A stretch of 64,000 nucleotides of DNA. Source: an uncultured Gemmatimonadota bacterium. Its GTDB lineage: Bacteria > GCA-2686955. Shown here one piece after another: positions 31,301 through 42,162 of the stretch; position 1 is the stretch's first letter, and every line of letters starts with the position of its first letter. The notes beneath the pieces were generated by a model. The model was not told where the DNA came from and ran no database searches. It saw nothing but the letters and a program-made list of their open reading frames with translations. The translations under genes were made by a program, and so were the position numbers. The DNA is taken from NCBI GenBank assembly GCA_964490075.1, contig CAZBBK010000013.1, forward strand, positions 1 to 64,000, given 5' to 3'.

Positions 31301-32433
31301 TGACCCGGGAGGGCTCGGTGGTCGCCGAGATCGTGCCCGACATCGGCGCCGCGCCCAGCCTGGCCGCCAAGGTCGCGGCGCCTGGAGAGCAGCGCTCGTT
31401 GGAGCTGGTCCGGGCCGGAATCGACGACACCACCACGCGCATCGGCCGGCTCGCGGCGACCCTCGGCGTGCCCTCGGCCCAGCGCCGCGCCGAGGAGCTG
31501 CGACGCGAGATGGAGCGCCCTGGCTTCTGGGACGATGCCCGCTCGTCGACCACGACTCTGCGCGCCCTGGCGGAGCAGAATCGGCTGCTGGATCGCGACA
31601 AGGCGATCCGCGTCGAGCTGGAAGAGGTGGGGATGTTGGCCGACCTGGTCGCCGAGGGGCACCGTGAGCTGCTGCCGGAAGCCGGCCAAAAGCTGCGCGA
31701 GATCGAGCTGAAGGTCGAGCAGATGGAGTTGGAGACCCTGCTCTCGGCCCCGGGCGACGCGCGCAGCGCCTACCTGGTCATCACCGCGGGCGACCAGACC
31801 CCCGATGATGTAGCCTGGGTGCGCGAGCTTGCCCGACTCTACGAGCGCTGGGGGACCCGCCGCGGCATGCAGGTGGAGATCGTCGGCGAGCGCAATTTTC
31901 GCGGTTCGACGCGGGGGAGCGCGGTGCTCCAGATCGACGGCGCATTCGCCTTTGGGCTGCTGAGGAGCGAGACCGGAACCCACCGCCGGGTCCAGACGCG
32001 GCCCGACGGTGAGCGCAAGGTGGTGGTGGCCCGGATACAGGTGGTGCCCGAAGCGCAGGACGACCCGCCGCGGCCGCGCGATCTGGCCTTCCGCGCCAGT
32101 CGCTCGTCGAAGACCAAGTTCCTGGCCGCGCCGCGCGGCGTGGTGTCGTTTCGGGCGGCGGATCGCCGCTGGTCGCTGCGCACGCCGCTCGACAGCAGTG
32201 CCGCGGAGCAGTTCGCGTCCAGCTTCGTCGCCGGGCTCTCCGAGTCGCCGGTTCATGACGACGAGCTGGCGACCATCGCCCGCAATCTGTTGCTACAGAA
32301 GCGCCCGAGCGTGCAAGACCCGCGCACCGGACACGAGTCGACCGATGTGCGCGCGGTGCTCGACGGCGAGATCGACGACTTCATCCTCGCCGCGCTCGCG
32401 GCCGAACCTCCCGCGTCGAACCCTGCGTCATGA
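28399..32433 (+). CDS. TPR - ClpA/B-like double AAA+ - release-factor-2-like fusion protein
   Basis: TPR-like N-third; GEPGVGKT and GPTGVGKT, RFDMSEY, LLDEIEKAH, FRPEFMNRID, GARELKR; RF2-like PGFWDD, AFGLLRSETGTHR, DPRTGHES..VLDGEIDDFI. Confidence 0.9.
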   Translation: MRKSRPELPDQTPTTDKSAGENPAPPGVDESAREPIRAALRAEQGTRALELLEAIDPATRAADGELLVLEARARVELGSADEAVALYRKAAGLRPDDAGLALELARLHLVLEKRKAALGWARRARDLAPEAVSVSLATLEIFELLGARSEARAEAARALGNHKGDANLQARLGMLAQVHGDLDLATNALALAAVDRNPAADAFLPLGLIFWDHLRRAEFARSVHLTKLLRHGSDPQNLRELGWIELLAGDRATGSALLLGGLDAFEQQPAALIVEQWAAEADSRPIDELLASIEPPPPGIIHRGAALFFANRGNPGLAERWLREAATVFPDQPPIRYELAQLLFEQLGAEDEAIEQLDAIDAEGDADLASAVEALRKRVLSGDSEAVADTLASPASEGELGVLGVHAHALAGDPARGLHWRGPDDLVLRVMRILSRPTHRSVLLAGEPGVGKTALIIEVARRLADGECPESLRGNRVLELSPTALQTDIKYLGEWQTKITRLVEEVRRAPGTILYIPRFHHLLGAGATRAHEEDMAGALAPLLATDQLTVVAGGNPEPLRRMLRSRPELDRALTMVDVPEPTRGQVRAILLAARGWIRGNEGPRIESAAVDRAIDLCATFLRHERFPAKGIDLLRAAYESVRERQGSLLTPEDVARELSAKTGLPNFLVLDSEILDLDQTRAFFRERILGQDEALRTMQDTVARIKAGLQDPQRPLATYLFTGPTGVGKTETAKVLAAYLFGDEKRILRFDMSEYSDPLAVDRLIESREGASGARGHLTGAVREHPLSVILLDEIEKAHPRVFDLLLQVLGEGRLTDARGETVGFHESVIIMTSNLGSDRGADGGLGFTRDRAAAEAAAIREEVQRFFRPEFMNRIDDVVAFRRLSQDDLRTVALREIGRCVAREGVVRRALVVETDPSVADLVLDRGQSGRYGARELKRAVEQLVAVPLARLLSGRAIPPDNTVRLVTREGSVVAEIVPDIGAAPSLAAKVAAPGEQRSLELVRAGIDDTTTRIGRLAATLGVPSAQRRAEELRREMERPGFWDDARSSTTTLRALAEQNRLLDRDKAIRVELEEVGMLADLVAEGHRELLPEAGQKLREIELKVEQMELETLLSAPGDARSAYLVITAGDQTPDDVAWVRELARLYERWGTRRGMQVEIVGERNFRGSTRGSAVLQIDGAFAFGLLRSETGTHRRVQTRPDGERKVVVARIQVVPEAQDDPPRPRDLAFRASRSSKTKFLAAPRGVVSFRAADRRWSLRTPLDSSAAEQFASSFVAGLSESPVHDDELATIARNLLLQKRPSVQDPRTGHESTDVRAVLDGEIDDFILAALAAEPPASNPAS

Positions 32434-34235
32434 AGCCTCGCACCCGCCCCTTGCCCGCCCGGCCCAGGGCACCTCTCGCTCTGGCCGCCGCGGCGCTCGT
32501 CTGCGGCGGCTGCGGAGGGCCCCAGCCAGAGGATCGGCAGGCGCAGGTGCTGCGCTTCATGGCCAAGGACTTCCTGGCGACCCCGGCCGACGAGCGCGAC
32601 CCGCAGCGCACCGGCAACCTCTTCATCTACGTCGCCGACCGCGGCTCCGGCCCCGCGATCTACTCGGTGGAAGATGGCTCGGAGCGTCCGGAGCAGCTTT
32701 CTCAAGCCGGAATCCGCGCCGCGTCGCCGCAGGTGTCACCGGACGGCCAGCAGGTGCTCTTCGTCGCCGCCGAGAGCGATGACCGCGGTGAAGGGGCTCG
32801 GGACTGCCGCGACACCCGCCGCTTGCGCCTCGCTTCGGCGCCCCCACCCGAATCGGTGGCCACCCGTATCTGGATCGTGCCCGCGACCGGCGGCGATCCC
32901 AACCCGCTGACGGCCGAGGGAGAGCAGGCCATCGATCCGATGTGGCTGCCTGGTGGCGACAGTTTTCTATACGCGTGCCGGAGCTCCGAAAGCGAAGGCT
33001 TCGACATCGTGCGCGCCGACCTGGTGGCCGGCCGGCCGGTGCCGCTCTACGGCGGCCCAGGCGATCAGCTCCAGCCCGCGCTGCGTCCCGGCAGCGACCA
33101 TCTGCTCTTTCGCAGCGTCGTGGGCGGCACAGGAATGCTGATGCTGGGCGATCTGAAGGGCGGTGCGCCGGCGCCGGTGGCCGAGGACGTGAACGATCCG
33201 AGCCACCCCGCCTGGTCCCCGGGCGGGCGCTGGGTGGCGCTCGACGCGGCGTCGCCGCGTGGGCGCGTGGTGCGGATTCTGGAGGCCCGGGGAGCTCGTC
33301 TGCGCGCCATGGAGGGCGACCCGCCGCTGGGGCGTGCGCCCATCTGGTTGAACGAGCGGGCCCTGCTGGTCACGCAATACCGCCCCGCGGCGCTGGAGTG
33401 GATCTGGCTGAACCAGGACGATCGACCGCCGCACGCGGTTCTGGCGGATCCGGTCTACGATCTGGGGCAGCCCTCGATTTCGCCGCAGCGCACCCTGGTG
33501 CTCTACCGCTGCAACGGCGATCTGGAGGTGGCCGACATCCGTCCCGAAAGGCCGGAGCGCCGCCGGGTCACCGACGACCTCTGGGAGGACTCCCACCCAG
33601 CCTGGTCGCCGGACGGTCTGTCGTTTGTATTCGAATCGCGGCGTGAAGGCAACAGCGACATCTTTTTGCGCACCTTTCCGGCACTGCGCGAGCGCCGGCT
33701 GACCAGCGATCCGGCCGACGACCGCACGCCACGCTTCACGCCCGATGGGCGCGCGGTGCTCTTCGCGTCGAATCGCGACGGCACCACCGCTCTCTACCGC
33801 ATCGACCTCGAGGATCACGAGAGCAGGCCGGTCCAGCTCGAGGCGGGGCGCGGCGGGCGGCCGCTGCACCCCGACCTGTCGCCGGTCGGCGAGTGGATCG
33901 TCTACAGCGTCGAATGGGGCGAGGGCCGGCGCGTCGAGGTCTTCAACCTCGAGACCGGGGAGCAGCGGCCGCTCACCGAAGGCTCCGACCCCTGGGTGGC
34001 CGACATCGAGCCGGCGTTCTCCCCCGACGGCGTCTACGTCTCCTTCCACCGCAACGCGCTGGCGGAGTCCGATATCTACATCGTGCCGTCCAAGCGAAAG
34101 GGCGCGCGCCTGATCGAGTCCCGAGTCTCCAAGGCCCGGCGCAGCCCCGACTGGATGATCGACGGCCAGTCGCTCATCTACTCCACCGGCGGCTCTTTCG
34201 ATATCGCCTTGATCGAGCTCGGTGGACTCTGGTGA
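32430..34235 (+). CDS. TolB-like PD40 beta-propeller protein, probable lipoprotein
   Basis: Repeated P.(W/F)SPDG motifs; hydrophobic N-terminus with lipobox-like LVCGGC. Confidence 0.88.
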   Translation: MKPRTRPLPARPRAPLALAAAALVCGGCGGPQPEDRQAQVLRFMAKDFLATPADERDPQRTGNLFIYVADRGSGPAIYSVEDGSERPEQLSQAGIRAASPQVSPDGQQVLFVAAESDDRGEGARDCRDTRRLRLASAPPPESVATRIWIVPATGGDPNPLTAEGEQAIDPMWLPGGDSFLYACRSSESEGFDIVRADLVAGRPVPLYGGPGDQLQPALRPGSDHLLFRSVVGGTGMLMLGDLKGGAPAPVAEDVNDPSHPAWSPGGRWVALDAASPRGRVVRILEARGARLRAMEGDPPLGRAPIWLNERALLVTQYRPAALEWIWLNQDDRPPHAVLADPVYDLGQPSISPQRTLVLYRCNGDLEVADIRPERPERRRVTDDLWEDSHPAWSPDGLSFVFESRREGNSDIFLRTFPALRERRLTSDPADDRTPRFTPDGRAVLFASNRDGTTALYRIDLEDHESRPVQLEAGRGGRPLHPDLSPVGEWIVYSVEWGEGRRVEVFNLETGEQRPLTEGSDPWVADIEPAFSPDGVYVSFHRNALAESDIYIVPSKRKGARLIESRVSKARRSPDWMIDGQSLIYSTGGSFDIALIELGGLW

Positions 34236-34245
34236 AAGTGTCTTG

Positions 34246-34917
34246 ATGGCGACCAACAATCTCAGAGAGCAGCTTCTGAAAGCCGGTCTGGTGACCGAGG
34301 ATCAGGTGCAGCAGGCGGAGCGCGACGCGCAGCCCAAGGCGAAACCTCGGGGCAAGTCCCCGCGGGGCGAACGCGGCGCCCAGCCGAAGAACGGCCGTGG
34401 CGAGGATCCCGGAAAGCGAGATCCGGCCAAGAAGAGGAGGAAGAAGAAGAGTCGACGCGGCGAGGACCAATCGCCGCCGCCCGATCCGCGGGCCCTGCTG
34501 CTCGAGCTCTTCCGGTTGGAGCTGGTGGCGATCCGCGAGGGCACGGCGACGCTCAACTACACGGTGGACGGCGACGGCCGAGTGCGCCGCGTGACGCTCG
34601 ATGTCGAGCAGCACCGTACGCTGATCGAGGGCGAGGCCGCCCTGGTGGCGATCGATGCCGAGGTGCGCGGCCTCCTGGCGCTGGAGAACAGCCCGCGCAC
34701 CTTCGGCCGCCGGTCGCGGCGGGTCTACTCGGGAGGGCCGGCCACGTCGACCCAGGCGCCGGAGCAGGCGGAGCTCGGTCTGCTGCCGCGGACGGCGGCG
34801 GAGCGGCTGCTCGAGATCGACCGCGCGCGGATCCTCTTCTTCAACCGCGAGCGGCGGGCGTCCGAGACGCAGAGCGACGCCGCGGAGGGGGACGGCGCCG
34901 AGGAACGCGCCGGCTGA
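34246..34917 (+). CDS. Hypothetical protein, DUF2058-like
   Basis: NLREQLLKAGLV N-terminus, basic low-complexity linker. Confidence 0.6.
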   Translation: MATNNLREQLLKAGLVTEDQVQQAERDAQPKAKPRGKSPRGERGAQPKNGRGEDPGKRDPAKKRRKKKSRRGEDQSPPPDPRALLLELFRLELVAIREGTATLNYTVDGDGRVRRVTLDVEQHRTLIEGEAALVAIDAEVRGLLALENSPRTFGRRSRRVYSGGPATSTQAPEQAELGLLPRTAAERLLEIDRARILFFNRERRASETQSDAAEGDGAEERAG

Positions 34918-34936
34918 ACGGCGCCGCCCGCGGCCG

Positions 34937-35791
34937 ATGTCCACCACATCTCCTTCGCTCGCTACCCGCCTGGTGCTGCTCGGCACCGGCACGCCGAATG
35001 CCGAGGCCGACCGCTCGGGACCCGCGTCGGCGATCGTGTCGGGCGGGCGCGCCTACCTGGTCGACTTCGGACCCGGCGTAGTGCGACGGGCGCGGGCCGC
35101 GCAGCGCCTCGGCATCGACGAGCTCGCTCCGCCGCGCATCGACCACGCCTTCGTCACCCACCTGCACTCCGATCACACGGCCGGCTACCCGGACCTGATC
35201 CTCACGCCCTGGGTGCTGGGGCGGCGCGAGCCGTTGCAGGTCTACGGTCCTCCCGGCATCCGCGCCATGACAGATCATCTGCTCGCCGCCTTCGCCGAGG
35301 ACATCCGGGTGCGGACCGAAGGGGACGAGCACGCCAACCGTGGGGGGTGCCGGGTCGACGCGCACGAGATCGAGCCCGGCGTGGTGCTCGACGACGGCTG
35401 CGTCAAGGTCACCGCCTTCGCGGTCGAGCACGGCTCCTGGCCGCACGCCTTCGGCTACCGATTCGACGCACCCGATCGCAGCATCGTCGTCTCGGGAGAC
35501 ACCACCCCTTGCGAGAACCTGGTGCGTCATGCGCAGGGCTGCGACCTGCTGGTGCACGAGGTCTACAGCGCCGCGGCACACGCCGAGCAGCCGGCTTCGT
35601 GGCGGCGCTACCACGAGCGCTCCCACACCTCCACGCAGGAGCTCGGCCGGCTCGCCGACCGGGTGCGCCCGGGGCGGCTGATTCTCTATCATCAACTCGG
35701 CTGGGGACGCAGCCCACGGGAGCTGGCCGACGAAGTCGCGGCACATTTCGACGGTGAGATCGTGTTTGGGCGCGATCTTGGTGTCTTCTAG
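34937..35791 (+). CDS. MBL-fold metallohydrolase, RNase Z/AtsA-like
   Basis: LLGTGTP, THLHSDH, SGDT, LLVHE, SHTS. Confidence 0.9.
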   Translation: MSTTSPSLATRLVLLGTGTPNAEADRSGPASAIVSGGRAYLVDFGPGVVRRARAAQRLGIDELAPPRIDHAFVTHLHSDHTAGYPDLILTPWVLGRREPLQVYGPPGIRAMTDHLLAAFAEDIRVRTEGDEHANRGGCRVDAHEIEPGVVLDDGCVKVTAFAVEHGSWPHAFGYRFDAPDRSIVVSGDTTPCENLVRHAQGCDLLVHEVYSAAAHAEQPASWRRYHERSHTSTQELGRLADRVRPGRLILYHQLGWGRSPRELADEVAAHFDGEIVFGRDLGVF

Positions 35792-35801
35792 CTCTTCTCC
35801 G

Positions 35802-36611
35802 ATGATCGACTGCCACGCCCACCTGAGCGACGCCGCCTTCGAGGAGGATCTGGACACCGTCCTGGAGCAGGCCCGCTCGGCCGGGGTGCGGCACGTGATC
35901 TGCGTCTCGGAAGGGCCTGGGGACGCCGCGGAAGTGCTGGCGCTGGCGGAGAGCTACCCGATGCTCCACGCTTGCCTCGGCCTGCATCCCGACCGCGCCG
36001 ATCCGGCCGCCGCCCGGCGGGTCGCCGACCTGGTGCGGCGCCACGCCGCGGACCTGGTCGGCATCGGCGAGGTGGGGCTCGACTACTGGGTGGCCAAGGA
36101 GGAGGCCGAGCGCGAGCGCCAGCGGCGGGTGCTCGAGAGCTTCGTCCAATTGTCGCTGGAAACCGATCTGCCGCTGAACGTGCACTCGCGCTCGGCCGGC
36201 CGCCACGTGATCGCCCTGCTGCGCGAGTTGGGCGCCGAGCGAGTGTTGCTGCACGCCTTCGACGGCAAGGCCCGCTACGCCCTCGAGGCGGTGGAGCTGG
36301 GCTACTTCCTCTCCATCCCGCCCTCGATTCTACGCTCGCCCCAGAAGCAAAAACTGGTGCGACGGCTGCCCCTCGACGCACTCTTGCTGGAATCCGATTC
36401 CCCGGTCCTCGGCCCCGAGCCGGGGCGGCGCAACGAGCCCGGCAACGTGGCTCTGGCGGCGCAGGCGATTGCCGAGATCCAGGGTTGCCCCCTGGAGCGG
36501 GTGGTCGAGGTGACGAGGGCCAATGCTCGGCGGCTTTTTGGGATCGATGGTTCGTGTGCGGGGGGCGGGGGGCGCGACGCTCACGGAACCCCCAACACGC
36601 CCGAGACGTAG
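35802..36611 (+). CDS. tatD: TatD-family hydrolase
   Basis: IDCHAH, GLHP, IGEVGLDY, VHSR, LLESDSP. Confidence 0.92.
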   Translation: MIDCHAHLSDAAFEEDLDTVLEQARSAGVRHVICVSEGPGDAAEVLALAESYPMLHACLGLHPDRADPAAARRVADLVRRHAADLVGIGEVGLDYWVAKEEAERERQRRVLESFVQLSLETDLPLNVHSRSAGRHVIALLRELGAERVLLHAFDGKARYALEAVELGYFLSIPPSILRSPQKQKLVRRLPLDALLLESDSPVLGPEPGRRNEPGNVALAAQAIAEIQGCPLERVVEVTRANARRLFGIDGSCAGGGGRDAHGTPNTPET

Positions 36612-38183
36612 CCCCAGCGTGACCGGCAAGCTCGTTGGCTCGATGAGCGCGGTGCTGCTGATCTGCCTCGCCACCTTCGCGCTCTTGATGAGGCAGTCGG
36701 AAGGCCGGGTGAAGAAGGAGCTCGCCGATACGGTTTCGACGGTCGGTCGGGCCACGCTCGGAGCGATCCAGCGCGAGGCGGCGCTGCGGGGCTCCGGCCA
36801 GCCGCGAGCCCCCGCTGAGGGCACGAGCCAGCGCCCGCGGCGCGAGATCCTCGAGCTGCGCGAGCGCTCGGCGGGCGACGCCGTCCATGCCGAGCTGTTG
36901 GTGATTCGCGAGAGCGAGGAGGGCACCGAGGTGGTGCGCCGCAGCCTGCAGGGCCAGGCGGCCCTCGACTCGGTTCGCGACTTGACGATCGTCCGGCGCC
37001 GCGCCGCCGCCTCGATCGCGGCCGCCGGAGAGCCCTCCGCGCTGTCGATCTTCGTGCATCGCATCGTCACCGAGACCGACTCCGGATCCGGGGCGCTGGT
37101 GATGAAGATCCCGGCGCTCGAGGCCGCGGCCGCGGCGGCGGCCGATTCCGCGCCTTCGCCCGCGGCGGCCGGGCTGGAAGAGATCAGCGTCGCCGTCTCG
37201 ACCGCCGACTACGACGCCCTTTTCGCGGCGATGCGCCGGCGCGTGGCGCTGGTCTTCTGCGCCGTGCTGGCCGCCGGGATCGCCCTCTCGGTGTGGCTCG
37301 CGCGCCGCATCACCCGCCCGATCCGCGCCATGGACCGGGCCCTCGACGCGCTCGGTCGCGGCGACCTGGACGCCCGGGTGGCGGCGCGGGGCAACGACGA
37401 GCTGGCGCGTCTGGGGACCGCCTTCAACCGGATGGCCGACTCGCTGCGCAGCTCGCGTGAGCGCGAGCGGCGCCTGGTGCGGCGCGAAAAGCTCACCGCC
37501 CTGGGGCGCCTGGCTGCCGGGGTGGCGCACGACGTTCGCAACCCGATCCACTCGGTCGGTTTGACCCTGCAGCACGTCGAGGATTCCTGCCGTCCCGCCG
37601 ATCCAGCTCCGGCCGCCGAGCTCGATCGCTCGCTGGCCCTGATCCGTGACGAGCTGCGCCGTGTCGATCGCCTGGTCGGGTCGTTCCTGCGCTTTGCCCA
37701 GAACGAGCCGCTGGAGCGCGAGTCGGTCGCGCTCGACGCGCTGGTCCACGATGTCGTCGCATTGATCGAAGCGCGCGCGCGCCGGGCATCGATCGCCGTC
37801 GTCGTCGACGCCGAGGCGGGTCCGGCGCGAGAGATCTCGGTCGACGCCGAGGCGATCCGCACCTCGATCCTCAATCTGGCCCTGAACGCCATCGACGCCA
37901 TGCCCCAAGGCGGCGAGCTGCGCTTCGAGCTGAGCCGCTCGGACGCGGAAGCGACACTGGTGGTGGCCGACAGCGGACGCGGCATCGCGCCCGAGCATCT
38001 GCAACATATTTTCGACTTCGGCTGGACGTCGCGCGACGAGGGTCACGGGCTGGGCCTGGCCGTGGTGCACCAGATCGTCGTCGAGCGCCACGGCGGGCGC
38101 GTCGACGTCCGGAGCGACCTCGGCGCCGGCAGCCGCTTCACTCTCGCCCTTCCCTTCTCCGCGCCGCAGCCGGAGGCGGCATC

Positions 38184-38187
<4 letters not shown>
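36547..38187 (+). CDS. HAMP-domain sensor histidine kinase (start uncertain)
   Basis: Two TM segments, HAMP, AHDVRNP H-box, NLALNAIDA, DSGRG, GHGLGL. Confidence 0.9.
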
Positions 38188-39569
<1,382 letters not shown>

Positions 39570-39617
39570 CTCGCGTTCCCATCGGACCTGTTGGTGCCGC
39601 CGGCACCGAGAGGTGTT

Positions 39618-39775
39618 GAGTTTGACAGTCCGTGCACGGAGAGGGACTCGGTTTGACACTTTGGCGGCCCAGGGATCCCAAATGCCCGAGAAAGGCCGGT
39701 TTCGAGGGCTTTGCGCGTCAAATTGAACGGGCTTTGACAAACCGAGCCTCTCTCCGTGCGGCGAGTGTCAAGTTG
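39618..39775. repeat. 158-bp palindromic element, copy B
   Basis: 44-bp arms 39618-39661 and 39732-39775 with a 70-bp core; arms align without gaps to copy A. Confidence 0.8.
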
Positions 39776-39883
39776 AACGCCTCTCCGCGCACCGTGGTGC
39801 GGTTCGCCCCCAAACCCCAAATCGGGCCGCAGCGCCCCATATGAGGTAGAATCGACTGCTGCCCGGGCGCAAGACCTATTGCC

Positions 39884-39928
39884 AATCAACGACTTAGGTG
39901 GCAACCGCCCCTTGGCACGCAGACTGCA
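39884..39928 (+). promoter_or_regulatory. IHF site plus sigma54 (-24/-12) promoter
   Basis: AATCAACGACTTA (WATCAAN4TTR) 39884-39896; TGGCACGCAGACTGCA (GG-N10-GC) 39913-39928. Confidence 0.75.
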
Positions 39929-39988
39929 AAGCACCCCCTCAGCCACCGGCTGGGGTGGCGCAGAGTCGATTCACGAAAGGCGGAAGCC

Positions 39989-40630
39989 ATGACCAACCCG
40001 TTCAGAGCAACGATCGCCATCCTCACCCTATCCCTTCTGCCGACCTTCGCTCCGGCAATCGAAGGGGCCAACGAAGAGCTGCACCTTTCCGAACTGTCCG
40101 ACGGCGAAACACGCGTATTCGGCGAGGGTGACCACGCCATCACGGCGGTGCGCGAGGGCGACATCGTCACGGTGACGCTGCCGGGGGTCGAGGGCGACGA
40201 GGACCACGAAATTGTCGTCGATCTGGCCGAGGACGACGGCCATGTGGTGGTGATGGGGGGCGACGATCACAGCGCGGTCTGGGTCAAGGCCGGAGGCGAC
40301 CTGGACGACGACGAGGTCGAGATAGAGATCGATGCGCTCGACGATTCCGAGCTCGAAGGCGCCAACATCGTGATTCGCAAGATGATCGACATCGAGGAGG
40401 ACGAGGGCGAGGAGAGCAACACTTCGGTGATGCGGGTCATTCGTGTCGCCGGCGACGGCGAAGCGGGCGAGGGCGAGCAGCTCGAGGTCGACGTCGAGGC
40501 GTTGGTCGATCAGCTCGGGGAACACGCCGAGGTGCGGGTGATGAAGATCCACACCGAAGAGGGCGACGAAGGGACCAAGGTGATGGTGCGGATCGAGGCC
40601 GAGGCCGAGGCGGAGGTGGAGGAGGAGTAG
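39989..40630 (+). CDS. Very acidic secreted hypothetical protein
   Basis: Signal peptide, strongly Asp/Glu-rich, coding-like codon usage. Confidence 0.82.
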   Translation: MTNPFRATIAILTLSLLPTFAPAIEGANEELHLSELSDGETRVFGEGDHAITAVREGDIVTVTLPGVEGDEDHEIVVDLAEDDGHVVVMGGDDHSAVWVKAGGDLDDDEVEIEIDALDDSELEGANIVIRKMIDIEEDEGEESNTSVMRVIRVAGDGEAGEGEQLEVDVEALVDQLGEHAEVRVMKIHTEEGDEGTKVMVRIEAEAEAEVEEE

Positions 40631-40737
40631 TCGCGCACCCCGCGCGGTCGCGCCCGAAGGGGTGTATCCTTGTGCACGCGGATCGTCGGTGAGCGGCGAT
40701 CCGGCCGCCTCGATTCGCATGCGGAAGGAGACCATCG

Positions 40738-42162
40738 ATGGACAGGACGATCGACTGGGGTTCGATACGCTGCGCGCGATCGGTCCCGCTGATGGTAGGG
40801 GCGTTGCTCCTGGGACTTCCGGCATTTTCCTCGGGCGCCGCGACGAACTCCGCGTCGCCGCGTCTGCGCCGGGTTCCCCAGGACTATCAGACGATTCAAT
40901 CGGCGGTCACCGCGGCATCGGCGGGCGACGTGGTCGCCATCCTGCCGGGGACCTATGTGGAGGATGTCGCCGGCATCGACCTTCCTCTGACCTTGCTCCC
41001 GCAGCCCGGTCCCGGTGCCGAGACCGGCCGGCCCGTCACCATCCGAGGCACCGGCAGCTGCACCGTCCTGACCATCGACCCGGTCGACGAGGGCGAAGTG
41101 GCGCTGATCGGGCTGCGAATCACCGGGGGGCATTCCAAGTGGTCCGCCGGTGGCATCGATTGCCGGGGCGCCGCCCTGACTTTGCGGCGCTGCTCGGTCG
41201 ATGCCAACCGGTCTTCTCTCGGCGGCGGAGGCATCAAGGTGGTCGATGCCGCCTTGGAGATCGAGGACTGCGAGATCACCAACAACGAGCTGCGCGGGCT
41301 GTGGGACAGCAGTGCTCGAGGTGCTGGTGTGTACGCATCGAGCTCGATCGTTCGCATAAGGCGATCGTCGGTCGACGGCAACTCGATCGAAATCCGTCAA
41401 GTCGCCGATGGGGTCGAGACGCTTGGCGCCGGCCTGTGCGCCGTCGATTGCGAGCTGGACGTCCGCGAAAGCAGCTTCAGCCACAACGTGGGCCGCACCG
41501 ACGTCGTGCGCGGAGCTGGAGTGCACGTCGACGGCGGCAGCGCGTCGTTCCATGACGTGCGGATCGACTGGAACATCGCCCGCGCAACCAACACGGCAGA
41601 GAACACCGCCCCGGACGGCAGCGTGTTGCGCTTCTGGTCGCCCTGCCGGGCGGAGCTGGCTCATTGCACGGTGGTGGGCAATCGCGCCAGCTCGCCCACG
41701 GGGAGTTGGGTGGCGGCGACGGATCGGTCGGCCGGCCAGTTGCTCGACGGAGACACTTCGTTGCGCCTGGTGGGCACGATCGTCTGGAACAACGGACCGA
41801 AGATGGTGCAGGGGCCCGACGACGCGATCATCGGCTGGTCGCTGCTCCCGGGGGTCCACGTCGGACCTGGCAACATCACCGGCGATCCACGCCTGGCGAG
41901 CGGCGCCCGGGCGCTGCCCTACCTGTTGCTCCCCGGCTCGCCCTGCATCGACGCCGGCCCCCCGGCGCGGCAGGACGCGATATTCGACTCCCATCCGCGC
42001 TGGCCCGAGGACATCCCCAACGGTGCCAGGGCCGATATGGGCGCCTATGGAGGACCAGGAAACGACATTTGGCGCGCCCTGATCGGCGAATCAGGCGGTG
42101 TCCCCCCCATCTTCCTCCTCGAGCCACTTCCGTTTCAGATGGTAGACGTCGAAAATATGTAG
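40738..42162 (+). CDS. Secreted right-handed parallel beta-helix protein
   Basis: RRVPQDYQTIQSAV, GDVVAILPGTY, C-terminal DSHPRWP..PNGARADMGAYGGPGN. Confidence 0.87.
   Translation: MDRTIDWGSIRCARSVPLMVGALLLGLPAFSSGAATNSASPRLRRVPQDYQTIQSAVTAASAGDVVAILPGTYVEDVAGIDLPLTLLPQPGPGAETGRPVTIRGTGSCTVLTIDPVDEGEVALIGLRITGGHSKWSAGGIDCRGAALTLRRCSVDANRSSLGGGGIKVVDAALEIEDCEITNNELRGLWDSSARGAGVYASSSIVRIRRSSVDGNSIEIRQVADGVETLGAGLCAVDCELDVRESSFSHNVGRTDVVRGAGVHVDGGSASFHDVRIDWNIARATNTAENTAPDGSVLRFWSPCRAELAHCTVVGNRASSPTGSWVAATDRSAGQLLDGDTSLRLVGTIVWNNGPKMVQGPDDAIIGWSLLPGVHVGPGNITGDPRLASGARALPYLLLPGSPCIDAGPPARQDAIFDSHPRWPEDIPNGARADMGAYGGPGNDIWRALIGESGGVPPIFLLEPLPFQMVDVENM

Noticed and set aside
31460-32433. Genuine prfB with programmed frameshift
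   Set aside because: No CTTTGA slip site, no SPF or GGQ, and continuous in frame with the AAA+ domains
28312-38091. Long antisense ORFs (e.g. 28312..32256, 35788..38091) and fused-looking ORFs such as 16105..18441
   Set aside because: High-GC shadow frames without motifs; the real desaturase starts at 17434
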